Of a DNA stretch of 45,647 bases, positions 16,245 to 24,668 are shown piece after piece (position 1 is the stretch's first letter; every line of letters starts with the position of its first letter). The position numbers and the translations under genes are program-made. Under the pieces are notes generated by a model. The model did no database searches. It was not told where the DNA came from and worked only from the letters and a program-made list of their open reading frames with translations. The DNA comes from a virus: positions 1-45,647 of the IMG/VR virus record IMGVR_UViG_3300020595_000062; one strand, written 5' to 3'.

Positions 16245-16271
16245 CTTAAACAGAAAGACAGGAAAACAGCC
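16245..16271 (+). promoter_or_regulatory. Conserved 27-nt leader motif, copy 3
   Basis: CTTAAACAGAAAGACAGGAAAACAGCC followed directly by ATG 16272. Confidence 0.6.
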
Positions 16272-16775
16272 ATGAAAACATTAACAACTTATACCAAAAA
16301 CCAACTTGAAGAAATGAAGTTAACTGAGATAACTGATATCAATAACAGCTTCGCAAATGAGTTAGGTCTTAAAATTACTAAGCGTTTCGCATCTAAAGAT
16401 AAAGCTGTAAGCCGAGTAATGCAAAACCAAGATTTGTATTCCGAAGAATTTGCTGAGGAGCACAAAAAGAAAGCGACCAAGGCTGTAGCTAAGATTGAAA
16501 CAGCTAAGAAAAACGAACAAGCCAAAGAAGATAAAATTCACAACCTTACCAAGTCGGCCAAAGTTATCAGCGTACTGGATAAAGGTAAGGAGTGTTCTAT
16601 TGAGAATTCTTTGCATCACGGAATTTCTATTGGGGAAGATACCGTTGAAAAATTAGTAAATTACATAGTCAACAACCATAGACGCCCTCGTAGCGGCTTA
16701 GGTGTTGACGCTCAATATGCGACTCACAATATTAAGTGGTTCGTTAACAAAGGTCACTTGAAGTTGGAGGGGTAA
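16272..16775 (+). CDS. Lys-rich protein, paralogue A (shares a C-terminal domain with 16777..17403)
   Basis: C-terminal VEKLVNYIVNNHRRPRSGLGVDAQYATHNIKWFVNKGHLKLEG, with a central KKKATKAVAKIETAKKNEQAKEDK tract. Confidence 0.7.
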   Translation: MKTLTTYTKNQLEEMKLTEITDINNSFANELGLKITKRFASKDKAVSRVMQNQDLYSEEFAEEHKKKATKAVAKIETAKKNEQAKEDKIHNLTKSAKVISVLDKGKECSIENSLHHGISIGEDTVEKLVNYIVNNHRRPRSGLGVDAQYATHNIKWFVNKGHLKLEG

Positions 16776-16776
16776 T

Positions 16777-17403
16777 ATGTTTTACGCAATAGATTTTGAT
16801 AGTCGTAAGGTGGAATCAAAAAGTGAAAATGAAGAGCTGTTAGCAGCTTATATATTGGACAATGATTTGTCTCAAGCAGTAGCTCTTATAGATAGTGCTG
16901 ACGAATTATGTTTGCAATTCTCACTTAATGAAATGAACGAGTTGCATAAAAATATCTGCGAAACAGATGTAGCTTTGATAGATGACGAAGAATTATTAGC
17001 TGATGTAGTGTGGGAAATATTAGAAGAATCTAAAGATAACTTCCCAGATTTCACTCCCACACTTGGCAAGAAATTAATTAAGAATACTAATAAAGAAACA
17101 TCTCCCAAGCCTAATAAGGCTAAGAAACCTAGTGAACCTAAGACTTCTAGTCCTCGTGTTAATTTAAACAGAGATGATCCTATTTGCGTCATAGAAGGCA
17201 AAGGAAAATCAGGTAGTATATTAAGTACTATCTTAACCGCTATTGATGATGACTTGTGCGAAACAGTAGGTGAGGTGTTAGATTACATAACAACTAATCA
17301 CGTTATACCCAAAACTGGTGAATTAGCTGATGTTAAATTCGCTGAGCATAATATTAAATATTTTGTTAAGAAGGGTAATATAGCACTAGAGGAAGGATTA
17401 TGA
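16777..17403 (+). CDS. Lys/Pro-rich protein, paralogue B
   Basis: C-terminal VGEVLDYITTNHVIPKTGELADVKFAEHNIKYFVKKGNIALEEG, with a central NKETSPKPNKAKKPSEPKTSSPR tract. GGAGGGG SD present. Confidence 0.7.
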   Translation: MFYAIDFDSRKVESKSENEELLAAYILDNDLSQAVALIDSADELCLQFSLNEMNELHKNICETDVALIDDEELLADVVWEILEESKDNFPDFTPTLGKKLIKNTNKETSPKPNKAKKPSEPKTSSPRVNLNRDDPICVIEGKGKSGSILSTILTAIDDDLCETVGEVLDYITTNHVIPKTGELADVKFAEHNIKYFVKKGNIALEEGL

Positions 17404-18647
17404 ATATATTAATAACTCACTTCCAAATACAAGATTGGGGAGGCATAGTAAACTATAGCGAGTTTATGGCTCGTGGTTTAAAATCATTAGGTCACACCGT
17501 AAAGAGCGTCATGTTAAAGAATAAAGGCGTAACAGGTACACCCAAAACAAAAGATCGCAGTGACCAGCAAGGATGGGAATTCGGTGAAGGATTGGGATTA
17601 TGGATGCACCAGAAAAATGGATGGGATGGGATGTACCAACTCAATTATTACAACGATAGATTGACTTGGGAAGAGTGGAGTTCTGAATTCGACCTAATAC
17701 TCCATCATATATCTGTGCCCACTTGCTCCAAGGCGACCAAAGGAGATGATCAGTGGATTAAAATATTCAATCAATCCTTTGCTAGTCAGTTGGCGGTAGT
17801 ACATGATGGCAACATGAAAAAACTCTATCCTCACATATTGAATATATGCGATAAGATAGACGGTGTTGTATGTGTTCACGATGCAGCTTTTCATTCTTGT
17901 GAAGAACTACCTATTCGTAGAGCATTCATACCTAATCCTCATGAACAGAAAGACTGGATAAAAAGCATCTCTAATCGTGATGATGCTTTTGTTTCTTTAC
18001 AAACATTTAAGAGATGGAAACGTGTTGACGATCTAATACGAGCTATACCTTATATGGATGATTTTTCGGATAAATATATCTGCGGAGGTGGTATAGAATA
18101 TCATTATATGACTTCCAAAGAAAAAGTCAAACCCTGTTATTTAGAGGAAGACGGCTCCCGTATATGGGAAAACGCTTTATCTAGTGGAATGGAATATTTA
18201 GGCTACGTAACCACCAGTAAGAGAGATGAACTATTAGCCGATGTAAAACTATTGATAGATCCTAGTTGGTCTTTGAATTATTCTAAATTAGGTTGCCACT
18301 TCAATAGAGTTATGGTGGAAGCAATGGCTCAAGGTTGTATTCCTGTTTGCACCGATTTAGCCATGAAGAATAGTTTCTTTTTCAAAGCAGGTATAAATTA
18401 TATAGAAATACCTTATAATAGTAGTCCTCAGGAATATGCTAAAATAATAGATGAAGCTATGAGTAATGAAGAGCTACTAAGTAATATTCAAGAAAACAAT
18501 TTAAAATTAATGGAAGCGTTCGACAAAGTTAACGTAGCCAAAGCTATTATAGAATTTAGTGAAAGTAATGGCGGTTCAATAGGTATCCCATCTGAAAAAT
18601 TAATAGCAGATGCGGCTCGTAAAATGGAACACTTTGATGACTTCTAA
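17400..18647 (+). CDS. GT-B fold glycosyltransferase (group 1 / GT4-like)
   Basis: C-terminal EX7E-type motif HFNRVMVEAMAQGCIPVCT. 415 aa, with an ATGA overlap onto the upstream gene. Confidence 0.75.
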   Translation: MNILITHFQIQDWGGIVNYSEFMARGLKSLGHTVKSVMLKNKGVTGTPKTKDRSDQQGWEFGEGLGLWMHQKNGWDGMYQLNYYNDRLTWEEWSSEFDLILHHISVPTCSKATKGDDQWIKIFNQSFASQLAVVHDGNMKKLYPHILNICDKIDGVVCVHDAAFHSCEELPIRRAFIPNPHEQKDWIKSISNRDDAFVSLQTFKRWKRVDDLIRAIPYMDDFSDKYICGGGIEYHYMTSKEKVKPCYLEEDGSRIWENALSSGMEYLGYVTTSKRDELLADVKLLIDPSWSLNYSKLGCHFNRVMVEAMAQGCIPVCTDLAMKNSFFFKAGINYIEIPYNSSPQEYAKIIDEAMSNEELLSNIQENNLKLMEAFDKVNVAKAIIEFSESNGGSIGIPSEKLIADAARKMEHFDDF

Positions 18648-19503
18648 TATTAATAACGATTTGTTAGATTCTTTTTATTGGTGGATAGAAGAGAGACACA
18701 AGATATATCTCCGCAGATTAGCAGGTGAACCTAAGCCGTGGACACAAGATACTATCATGCAGGATTATAAGTTCTGCAATGTGTTTCGTGAACTAGATAC
18801 CACTACTATCTGGATCAAGGAAAACATTAGAGATCGTTGGGCTGACCATCCTTATTTGTGGTTCGCTTTATGTTTAGCTAGGAGAATAAACCTAATAGAT
18901 ACTATGGTGGATTTGGACGATTTACTGGTTAATTGGGATGCAGAAAAAGCTCATTCTATATTGAACAATCGTAAAGATTCAGACAAGCGTATATACAACG
19001 GAGCTTACATGATCACCACTGGTGGTCGTAAAGTTCCGAAGAACGAAGACACTTGCTGGAATATATTAGAACCTTTATGGGCTAAGCGAGAAGAAATAAC
19101 AAATACTCTAAAATACATAAACAGTATAGAAAGTGCGTTTTATATTTTTGCTAACGGTCATGTCGGATATAGTAATTTCTTAGCTTACGAGATAGTGACC
19201 GATATGAGACACACTAAATATCTGAGAGAAGCTACCGACATTTACACATGGGCTAATGCAGGACCTGGAGCGGTTAGAGGTTTGAATCGCTTACATAATA
19301 GGCCGTTAAACAGTAAAATAAAATCTTGCCAAACCAATGCAGAAATGCAACAATTACTCATAGACAGTGACTTATATCTCGATAATGGTTTCCCAGTTTT
19401 GGAAATGAGAGATATAGAACATTCTCTTTGTGAGTTTGATAAATATCAACGAGTAGGAACCGACAAAAGTTTCTTACGTCAAAAATACAACGGAAGAGGT
19501 TAA
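18637..19503 (+). CDS. aGPT-Pplase-like DNA base hypermodification protein (putative)
   Basis: ERHKIYLRRLAGEPKPWTQDTIMQDYKFCNVFRELDTTT matches my recollection of the alpha-glutamyl/putrescinyl thymine pyrophosphorylase family signature (PWT.D.I...Y.FCNV.RE.D..T). The start is ATG 18637 or ATG 18610. Confidence 0.55.
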   Translation: MTSNINNDLLDSFYWWIEERHKIYLRRLAGEPKPWTQDTIMQDYKFCNVFRELDTTTIWIKENIRDRWADHPYLWFALCLARRINLIDTMVDLDDLLVNWDAEKAHSILNNRKDSDKRIYNGAYMITTGGRKVPKNEDTCWNILEPLWAKREEITNTLKYINSIESAFYIFANGHVGYSNFLAYEIVTDMRHTKYLREATDIYTWANAGPGAVRGLNRLHNRPLNSKIKSCQTNAEMQQLLIDSDLYLDNGFPVLEMRDIEHSLCEFDKYQRVGTDKSFLRQKYNGRG

Positions 19504-19504
19504 T

Positions 19505-20515
19505 ATGTTAGTGATTAATGCAGATAACGTGAATGATGCTTTAACTCAAGGTATCGCTATTATGTGTGAACACGGAGAACCCTTAAATAGCCGAGCAGGG
19601 CAAACTCTAGAAATACCCATGCCAGTAGCTACGGTCTACCGCAAACCTTGGGAGAGAGTACTAATTAGTAGGGTTAGGGATGCTAATCCTTTCTTCCATC
19701 TTATGGAATCTTTATGGATTTTGGCTGGTCGCAAAGATGTTAAGTTCTTAAGTGAATTTAACAAACGTATGAGCGAATATAGCGACGATGGTAAGGTGTT
19801 CAACGCTCCATACGGATACCGATTACGCAATGGCATAGGTTACGACAACGATCAACTAGCTACCGTAATACGTACTCTCAAAAACGACCCTAACAGTCGC
19901 CAAGCTGTTTGTCAAATATGGGATGAAGAAGATTTACATAGACAGACTAAAGATAAAGCCTGTAATATGCAAATCGTATTTCGCATTAGATCTGGTTACT
20001 TGTATATGACCGTTAATAATAGATCCAATGATATGGTCTGGGGAGCTTACGGAGCTAACGTAGTTCAGTTCAGCATGATACAAGAATACGTAGCTGCTCA
20101 TTTAGGATTACCATTAGGTACTTATACGCAAGTCAGTAACTCATTCCACGTATACACTGAAGGTCCCGGAGGTGAAGTTTGGGACAGATTGATAAACAAC
20201 TTCGAGTTGCATGAATCGCCTTACGACAATGTAAATAATGCTACTTATATGGTTGAAGAAGACATGGATGATTTTGAATATGACTTAAAACAATTCTTCA
20301 ATATTTACGATGAATTTGGATTAAAAGAATTAGGAGAAATGAATTGTTGGAAGTCCCGTTATTTCAATGGTCTCATTTTACCTGTACTATGTTGTTATTT
20401 AGTACATAAATCTAGCGGTGCAAATCATGCTATTAACTATTTAACCCATATTGTAGCTGACGATTGGCATTTTGCTTGCCGAGATTGGTTACTTAACCGA
20501 GTGAAATCATTATGA
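19505..20515 (+). CDS. ThyA-family enzyme, likely a dUMP hydroxymethylase (a plain thymidylate synthase is not excluded)
   Basis: FFHLMESLWILAGRKDV (compare ELLWFLRG), the catalytic-Cys context DKACNMQIVFRI, and NNRSNDMVWGAYGANVVQF (compare RSxDxxLGxPFN). It has a ~70-aa C-terminal extension relative to ThyA. Confidence 0.65.
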   Translation: MLVINADNVNDALTQGIAIMCEHGEPLNSRAGQTLEIPMPVATVYRKPWERVLISRVRDANPFFHLMESLWILAGRKDVKFLSEFNKRMSEYSDDGKVFNAPYGYRLRNGIGYDNDQLATVIRTLKNDPNSRQAVCQIWDEEDLHRQTKDKACNMQIVFRIRSGYLYMTVNNRSNDMVWGAYGANVVQFSMIQEYVAAHLGLPLGTYTQVSNSFHVYTEGPGGEVWDRLINNFELHESPYDNVNNATYMVEEDMDDFEYDLKQFFNIYDEFGLKELGEMNCWKSRYFNGLILPVLCCYLVHKSSGANHAINYLTHIVADDWHFACRDWLLNRVKSL

Positions 20516-20997
20516 ATATTAAAAACATATTAAATAGTGGGGGAGTGGTTAGATTCCATCAGCAAGTAGGAGTCACTAAACAACAGAACTCAGAACATCA
20601 ATGGGGAGTCGCGCTAATAGTTCAACACCTTAACCCTAATTGTTCTAAAGATTTAATATTAGCGGCGTTAACTCACGATGCAGCTGAATCTTACACTGGA
20701 GATAGCCCTTTTCCAGTTAAGAAAGATCACCCAGAATTAAGTGCTATTTTACGCAAACTAGAAATGCAATGGGAAAAAGAAAACAATATTAATTTTAATC
20801 TAACTGATGAAGAAAAAGTAACATTAAAACTAGCTGACTCATTAGAGGGTATGTGGTATTGTTTGCAAAGATATAAGTGTGGAGAGAAGAACGCACTAAC
20901 ACCTTTTACCGCATGGAGAAAATTTATATGCCGCAATTTCACTTTGGATAACACGTATCTATTCCATTCATTAATCCAAGAAATGGAGGAATTATAA
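20512..20997 (+). CDS. HD-domain phosphohydrolase (YfbR-like 5'-deoxynucleotidase)
   Basis: SEHQWGVALIV...LTHDAAESYTGDSPFPVKK (H...HD...D metal ligands). ATGA overlap with the upstream gene. Confidence 0.75.
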   Translation: MNIKNILNSGGVVRFHQQVGVTKQQNSEHQWGVALIVQHLNPNCSKDLILAALTHDAAESYTGDSPFPVKKDHPELSAILRKLEMQWEKENNINFNLTDEEKVTLKLADSLEGMWYCLQRYKCGEKNALTPFTAWRKFICRNFTLDNTYLFHSLIQEMEEL

Positions 20998-21404
20998 TGG
21001 AAGCTAACGATTATCAAATAGGTGGGAACCATTACTCAGATACAGAAATTCAACATTGGGATTTTACTATGTTGAATCAACTGAATTATTTACTAGGTTG
21101 CGCTACCAAATACGTCATTAGATGGAAGAAGAAAAACGGAATTGAAGATTTACGCAAGGCGGTTCATTATATAGCCAAAGCTGAAGAACAATGTGCTTAC
21201 CATTATAAATTCGAGATACATAGTAAGTTGATGATTATGAACAAATCTTATATAGAATTTATAAATAGTATAGGAAATGATGAGAAAGATATAGTCATTA
21301 AAATACTTCAGAATAATCTATCTGGTGCTCAACATTCATTGGGCGAACTAATATCAGACATAGAGTTCGCTCCTGGTCGCACCTATGTAAATCCCGATCT
21401 TTGA
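20997..21404 (+). CDS. DUF3310 (SaV-like) protein
   Basis: GGNHYSDTEIQHWDF...GCATKYVIRWKKKNGIEDLRKAVHYI fits the DUF3310 consensus as I remember it. TAATG overlap with the upstream gene. Confidence 0.6.
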   Translation: MEANDYQIGGNHYSDTEIQHWDFTMLNQLNYLLGCATKYVIRWKKKNGIEDLRKAVHYIAKAEEQCAYHYKFEIHSKLMIMNKSYIEFINSIGNDEKDIVIKILQNNLSGAQHSLGELISDIEFAPGRTYVNPDL

Positions 21405-21411
21405 GGTAATT

Positions 21412-21957
21412 ATGTTATTATCATATAATAAGTTAGTAGAGCTAATAGAGTTAGGCGTGATAAATGCTCCATTAGAAAATGTGAATGGTGCTTCTATAGA
21501 CATAACTCTATCCGACACAGTAATGATAGAGGAAGTCACTCCAGCTAGAAAATGTGTGGATTTAAAAGATAAACATAATATAAAGATGCACGAGTTTATT
21601 ATGGATAAGGGTTCTTGTTTTCATCTGCATCCTAATCAATTCTTATTAGCTTCTTCCAATGAAGTGTTCAACCTACCTAATAACATAGCTTGTGAGTACA
21701 AGTTAAAGAGTTCCTTAGCTCGTAATGGTCTTCAGCACATGTTAGCTGGTTGGTGTGATCCAGGATGGAACGGTTCAACATTAACATTGGAATTTAAGAA
21801 TGTTACCCAATTCCACACATTGGTATTAGAACCAGGAATGAAGATAGGACAAATGGTATTCTTTGAATGCGATCCCGTACCAGAAGAGCATTCTTACGCA
21901 AGTAAGGGTCAGTATAACGGGCAGACTTCCACAACTCCTAGCAAAGGATTGAGATAA
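21412..21957 (+). CDS. dcd: dCTP deaminase (dUTPase superfamily)
   Basis: NGASIDITLSD near the N-terminus, then GWCDPGWNGSTLTLEFKNVTQF...GMKIGQMVFFE. Confidence 0.8.
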   Translation: MLLSYNKLVELIELGVINAPLENVNGASIDITLSDTVMIEEVTPARKCVDLKDKHNIKMHEFIMDKGSCFHLHPNQFLLASSNEVFNLPNNIACEYKLKSSLARNGLQHMLAGWCDPGWNGSTLTLEFKNVTQFHTLVLEPGMKIGQMVFFECDPVPEEHSYASKGQYNGQTSTTPSKGLR

Positions 21958-23870
21958 TGGATTACGAAAAAGTAGTCACTTTAGATATAGAATGTTATCA
22001 TAATTATCTGTTGGTTATGTTCCGTAAGGTAGTAGGTGGTAATATTATTTATTTTGAAAAGTTCAACGATTCAGAACTGAATATCAAAAACATATTGCAT
22101 ATCCTATCTAAATACACTTTAGTAACTTACAACGGTCTTAAGTATGATATGTGCATTTTAGAAGCCGCTACCGCAGGATTTTCTAACGCCTCTATAAAGA
22201 AGATAAACGATTCTATTATACCCAGCGATGAGGATAAGAAAGCTGGTATAATAGGATTACAACCTTGGCAAGTGAGAAAACAATTCGGTATAGCAGCGTT
22301 GAAGGTAGACCAAATAGACATAATGGAAGTCGCTCCCTTACAAGCTACCTTGAAGATATACGGTGGTCGTATCCATTGTCCTAAAATGCAAGACTTACCG
22401 ATAGAACCTAGCGCAACAATTGAAGAACATCAGTTGCCAGATATGCGTAAATATTGTGGTAATGATAACGAAGTAACCGCTCTACTGTTAATGCACATGG
22501 AGCAGGAATTAAAACTACGTCAATCTATGAGCGATGAGTACGGAGTAGATTTGAGATCTAAGTCTGACGCTCAAATAGCCGAGTCAGTTATTAAATGTGA
22601 AATGGAGAGCAGATACGGTATCACACCTAAAAGAACAAAAGTAGATACTGGTACTCAATATTACTTTCAATGTCCTGACAATATAGTTTTTCAAACGGAA
22701 TTACTAAAAGATGTTAAAAGGCAATATACTTCTTTACCTTTCACGGTAGGTAAAAGTGGTCACGTAGAGTTCAATTTTGAAATGAACGATACTGATAGAT
22801 TCAAATCAGGGAAGCGCAAAGGTGAATTACCAGATAAGAAAAGTAAATTGCAATTCACAATCGGTTCTACCAAATATACAGTAGGGACAGGAGGCATACA
22901 TAGTTGTGAGAAATCTATTCGTCACACCAATGAGCATCATATATTACGGGAGTGGGATGTTGCTACATTCTATCCTCGTATAATTCTCAATAATCGTTTA
23001 TTCCCTAAACATATTGGAGAACCTTTCTTAGATATTTACGAATCTATTGTAAATAGAAGGTTGGAGGCCAAAACAGAAGCTAAGAATGATAATAACACTC
23101 AAGCTGAAAAAGAAGATTACGCTGTTGTGAACGAAAGCCTGAAAATTACTATCAATGGTTCTTTCGGTAAGTTCGGTAGTAAGTGGTCGTTCATGTATTC
23201 CCCAGACCTAATGATGCAAGTTACTGTAACAGGCCAGTTATCGTTATTAATGTTGATAGAGAGATTAGAGTTGGCAGGTATATCGGTAGTCAGTGCTAAC
23301 ACTGACGGTATAGTAGTTAAGATACCTCCGGAAAAAGAATCCTTAGCTAACGAGATAGTAGAAGACTGGGAATTTGAAACTAATTACGACATGGAAGCTA
23401 ATGAATATTCCAGCTTAAATAGTAGAGATGTAAATAATTATATAGCAGTGACTACTAAGGGTAAGTTCAAAGGTAAAGGAGCGTACTCGGATCAAAGAGA
23501 ACATTTTTACAGTTTGAGAAGTAACCCTGCTAATGATATTTGCACGGAAGCTGTTAAGGCGTTTTTGAAAGACGGAACCTTACCTATAGAAACTATAATG
23601 GCGTGTAAAGACGTAACTAAATTTCTAACTTTGAGAACTGTAAACGGTGGAGCAGTATACGAAGGTCAGATTATCGGCAAGGCTATCCGCTGGTATTACG
23701 GCTGTTACGAGCTAGATATGATACGTTATAATACCAATGGTAATAAAGTTCCTCGCTCAGACGGAGCAGTACCTCTAATGGATTTACCAGAAAAATTTCC
23801 AATAGATATGGATTACGATTGGTACGTAAACGAAGCACACGACATTCTCAAGAAAATAGGTTACAAATAA
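21957..23870 (+). CDS. DNA polymerase with 3'-5' exonuclease domain and family-B-like motifs
   Basis: Exo I LDIECY, Exo II YNGLKYDMCIL and Exo III YCGNDNEVT. Motif A DVATFYPRII, motif B KITINGSFGKFGS and motif C SANTDGIVV. Confidence 0.8.
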   Translation: MDYEKVVTLDIECYHNYLLVMFRKVVGGNIIYFEKFNDSELNIKNILHILSKYTLVTYNGLKYDMCILEAATAGFSNASIKKINDSIIPSDEDKKAGIIGLQPWQVRKQFGIAALKVDQIDIMEVAPLQATLKIYGGRIHCPKMQDLPIEPSATIEEHQLPDMRKYCGNDNEVTALLLMHMEQELKLRQSMSDEYGVDLRSKSDAQIAESVIKCEMESRYGITPKRTKVDTGTQYYFQCPDNIVFQTELLKDVKRQYTSLPFTVGKSGHVEFNFEMNDTDRFKSGKRKGELPDKKSKLQFTIGSTKYTVGTGGIHSCEKSIRHTNEHHILREWDVATFYPRIILNNRLFPKHIGEPFLDIYESIVNRRLEAKTEAKNDNNTQAEKEDYAVVNESLKITINGSFGKFGSKWSFMYSPDLMMQVTVTGQLSLLMLIERLELAGISVVSANTDGIVVKIPPEKESLANEIVEDWEFETNYDMEANEYSSLNSRDVNNYIAVTTKGKFKGKGAYSDQREHFYSLRSNPANDICTEAVKAFLKDGTLPIETIMACKDVTKFLTLRTVNGGAVYEGQIIGKAIRWYYGCYELDMIRYNTNGNKVPRSDGAVPLMDLPEKFPIDMDYDWYVNEAHDILKKIGYK

Positions 23871-23966
23871 TCAGCTATTAGGCTTTACTTTTAATGGGGT
23901 ATAGCCCATACTGACTCTACTGGTTAATAAGGCCAGAAACTTTAACCGAACTTAACAGGTGATATT

Positions 23967-24320
23967 ATGTCGGAAGCACAAAACCCAGAAACAAAAACTC
24001 TTAGCAAATCTGAGCAATTGAAGCAAATTAACGCTGATAAAAAAGCCCTTGCCGATAAGCAGAAAGCTCTACGTGAAGAATTGAATGAATCTAAAGCTGA
24101 GCGTATTGCGGCTCGTAAAGTTCAATCTGAAGCTCGCAAGGCAGTACGTGAGCAGAAAGCTGAACTTCGTGATATGGCTGCAAAAGTTTATTCGACTTTC
24201 TCAGATGGCGATGCTAAAGCTGTTGAAGCGTTGGCAGACGGAGTAATGGAAGTAGCTAGTGAATTAGCAGCTACCATTCGTAAGTTCGCTAAAGCATCTT
24301 CTGAACTAGAAGAGTTGTAA
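23967..24320 (+). CDS. Coiled-coil Lys/Ala/Glu-rich protein, function unknown
   Basis: 117-aa ORF preceded by CTTAACAGG, a partial leader motif. Confidence 0.65.
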   Translation: MSEAQNPETKTLSKSEQLKQINADKKALADKQKALREELNESKAERIAARKVQSEARKAVREQKAELRDMAAKVYSTFSDGDAKAVEALADGVMEVASELAATIRKFAKASSELEEL

Positions 24321-24326
24321 TAGTGA

Positions 24327-24668
24327 ATGTCTACTTCAGAGTTCTTAACTCGCGCTACTAAAACATTAGCTAAAAAGTTAGAAATAAAAGAGGTAGACAT
24401 TGAAGATAAGTATTGCAAGTACGCTAAATCTAAACGCTGCGTAGCTGTAAAACTTATCTTCCTAAATAAAAAGGGCTTTCCCGATAGGACTACACTATGT
24501 CCTAAAGGTAGAGTCCTTTTTATTGAGTTCAAGAAAAAAGGTAAAACTCAATCTCCAGTACAAATAGTCGTACAGAAATTACTGGAGTCTTTAGGCTTTG
24601 AATATTATGTATGTGACGAAATAGGTCAGGCCGAAAAACACTTAGATGAGTTCTTAGAATGGCAATAA
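24327..24668 (+). CDS. VRR-NUC domain nuclease
   Basis: GFPDRTTLCPKGRVLFIEFKKKGKTQSPVQ (D...ExK...Q). Confidence 0.75.
   Translation: MSTSEFLTRATKTLAKKLEIKEVDIEDKYCKYAKSKRCVAVKLIFLNKKGFPDRTTLCPKGRVLFIEFKKKGKTQSPVQIVVQKLLESLGFEYYVCDEIGQAEKHLDEFLEWQ

Noticed and set aside
23871-23966. A terminator after the polymerase gene (ATGGG-gtatag-CCCAT at about 23904-23919)
   Set aside because: The stem is only 5 bp and no T-tract follows, so support is too weak.
15693-24532. Minus-strand ORFs inside the plus arm (15693..15923, 16289..16525, 16362..16619, 16872..17201, 17694..17894, 19636..19836, 20727..21032, 21354..21539, 22127..22321, 23117..23302, 24188..24532, 24847..25041)
   Set aside because: All are antisense to motif-supported plus-strand genes, with Ser/Leu/Ile-rich shadow translations.
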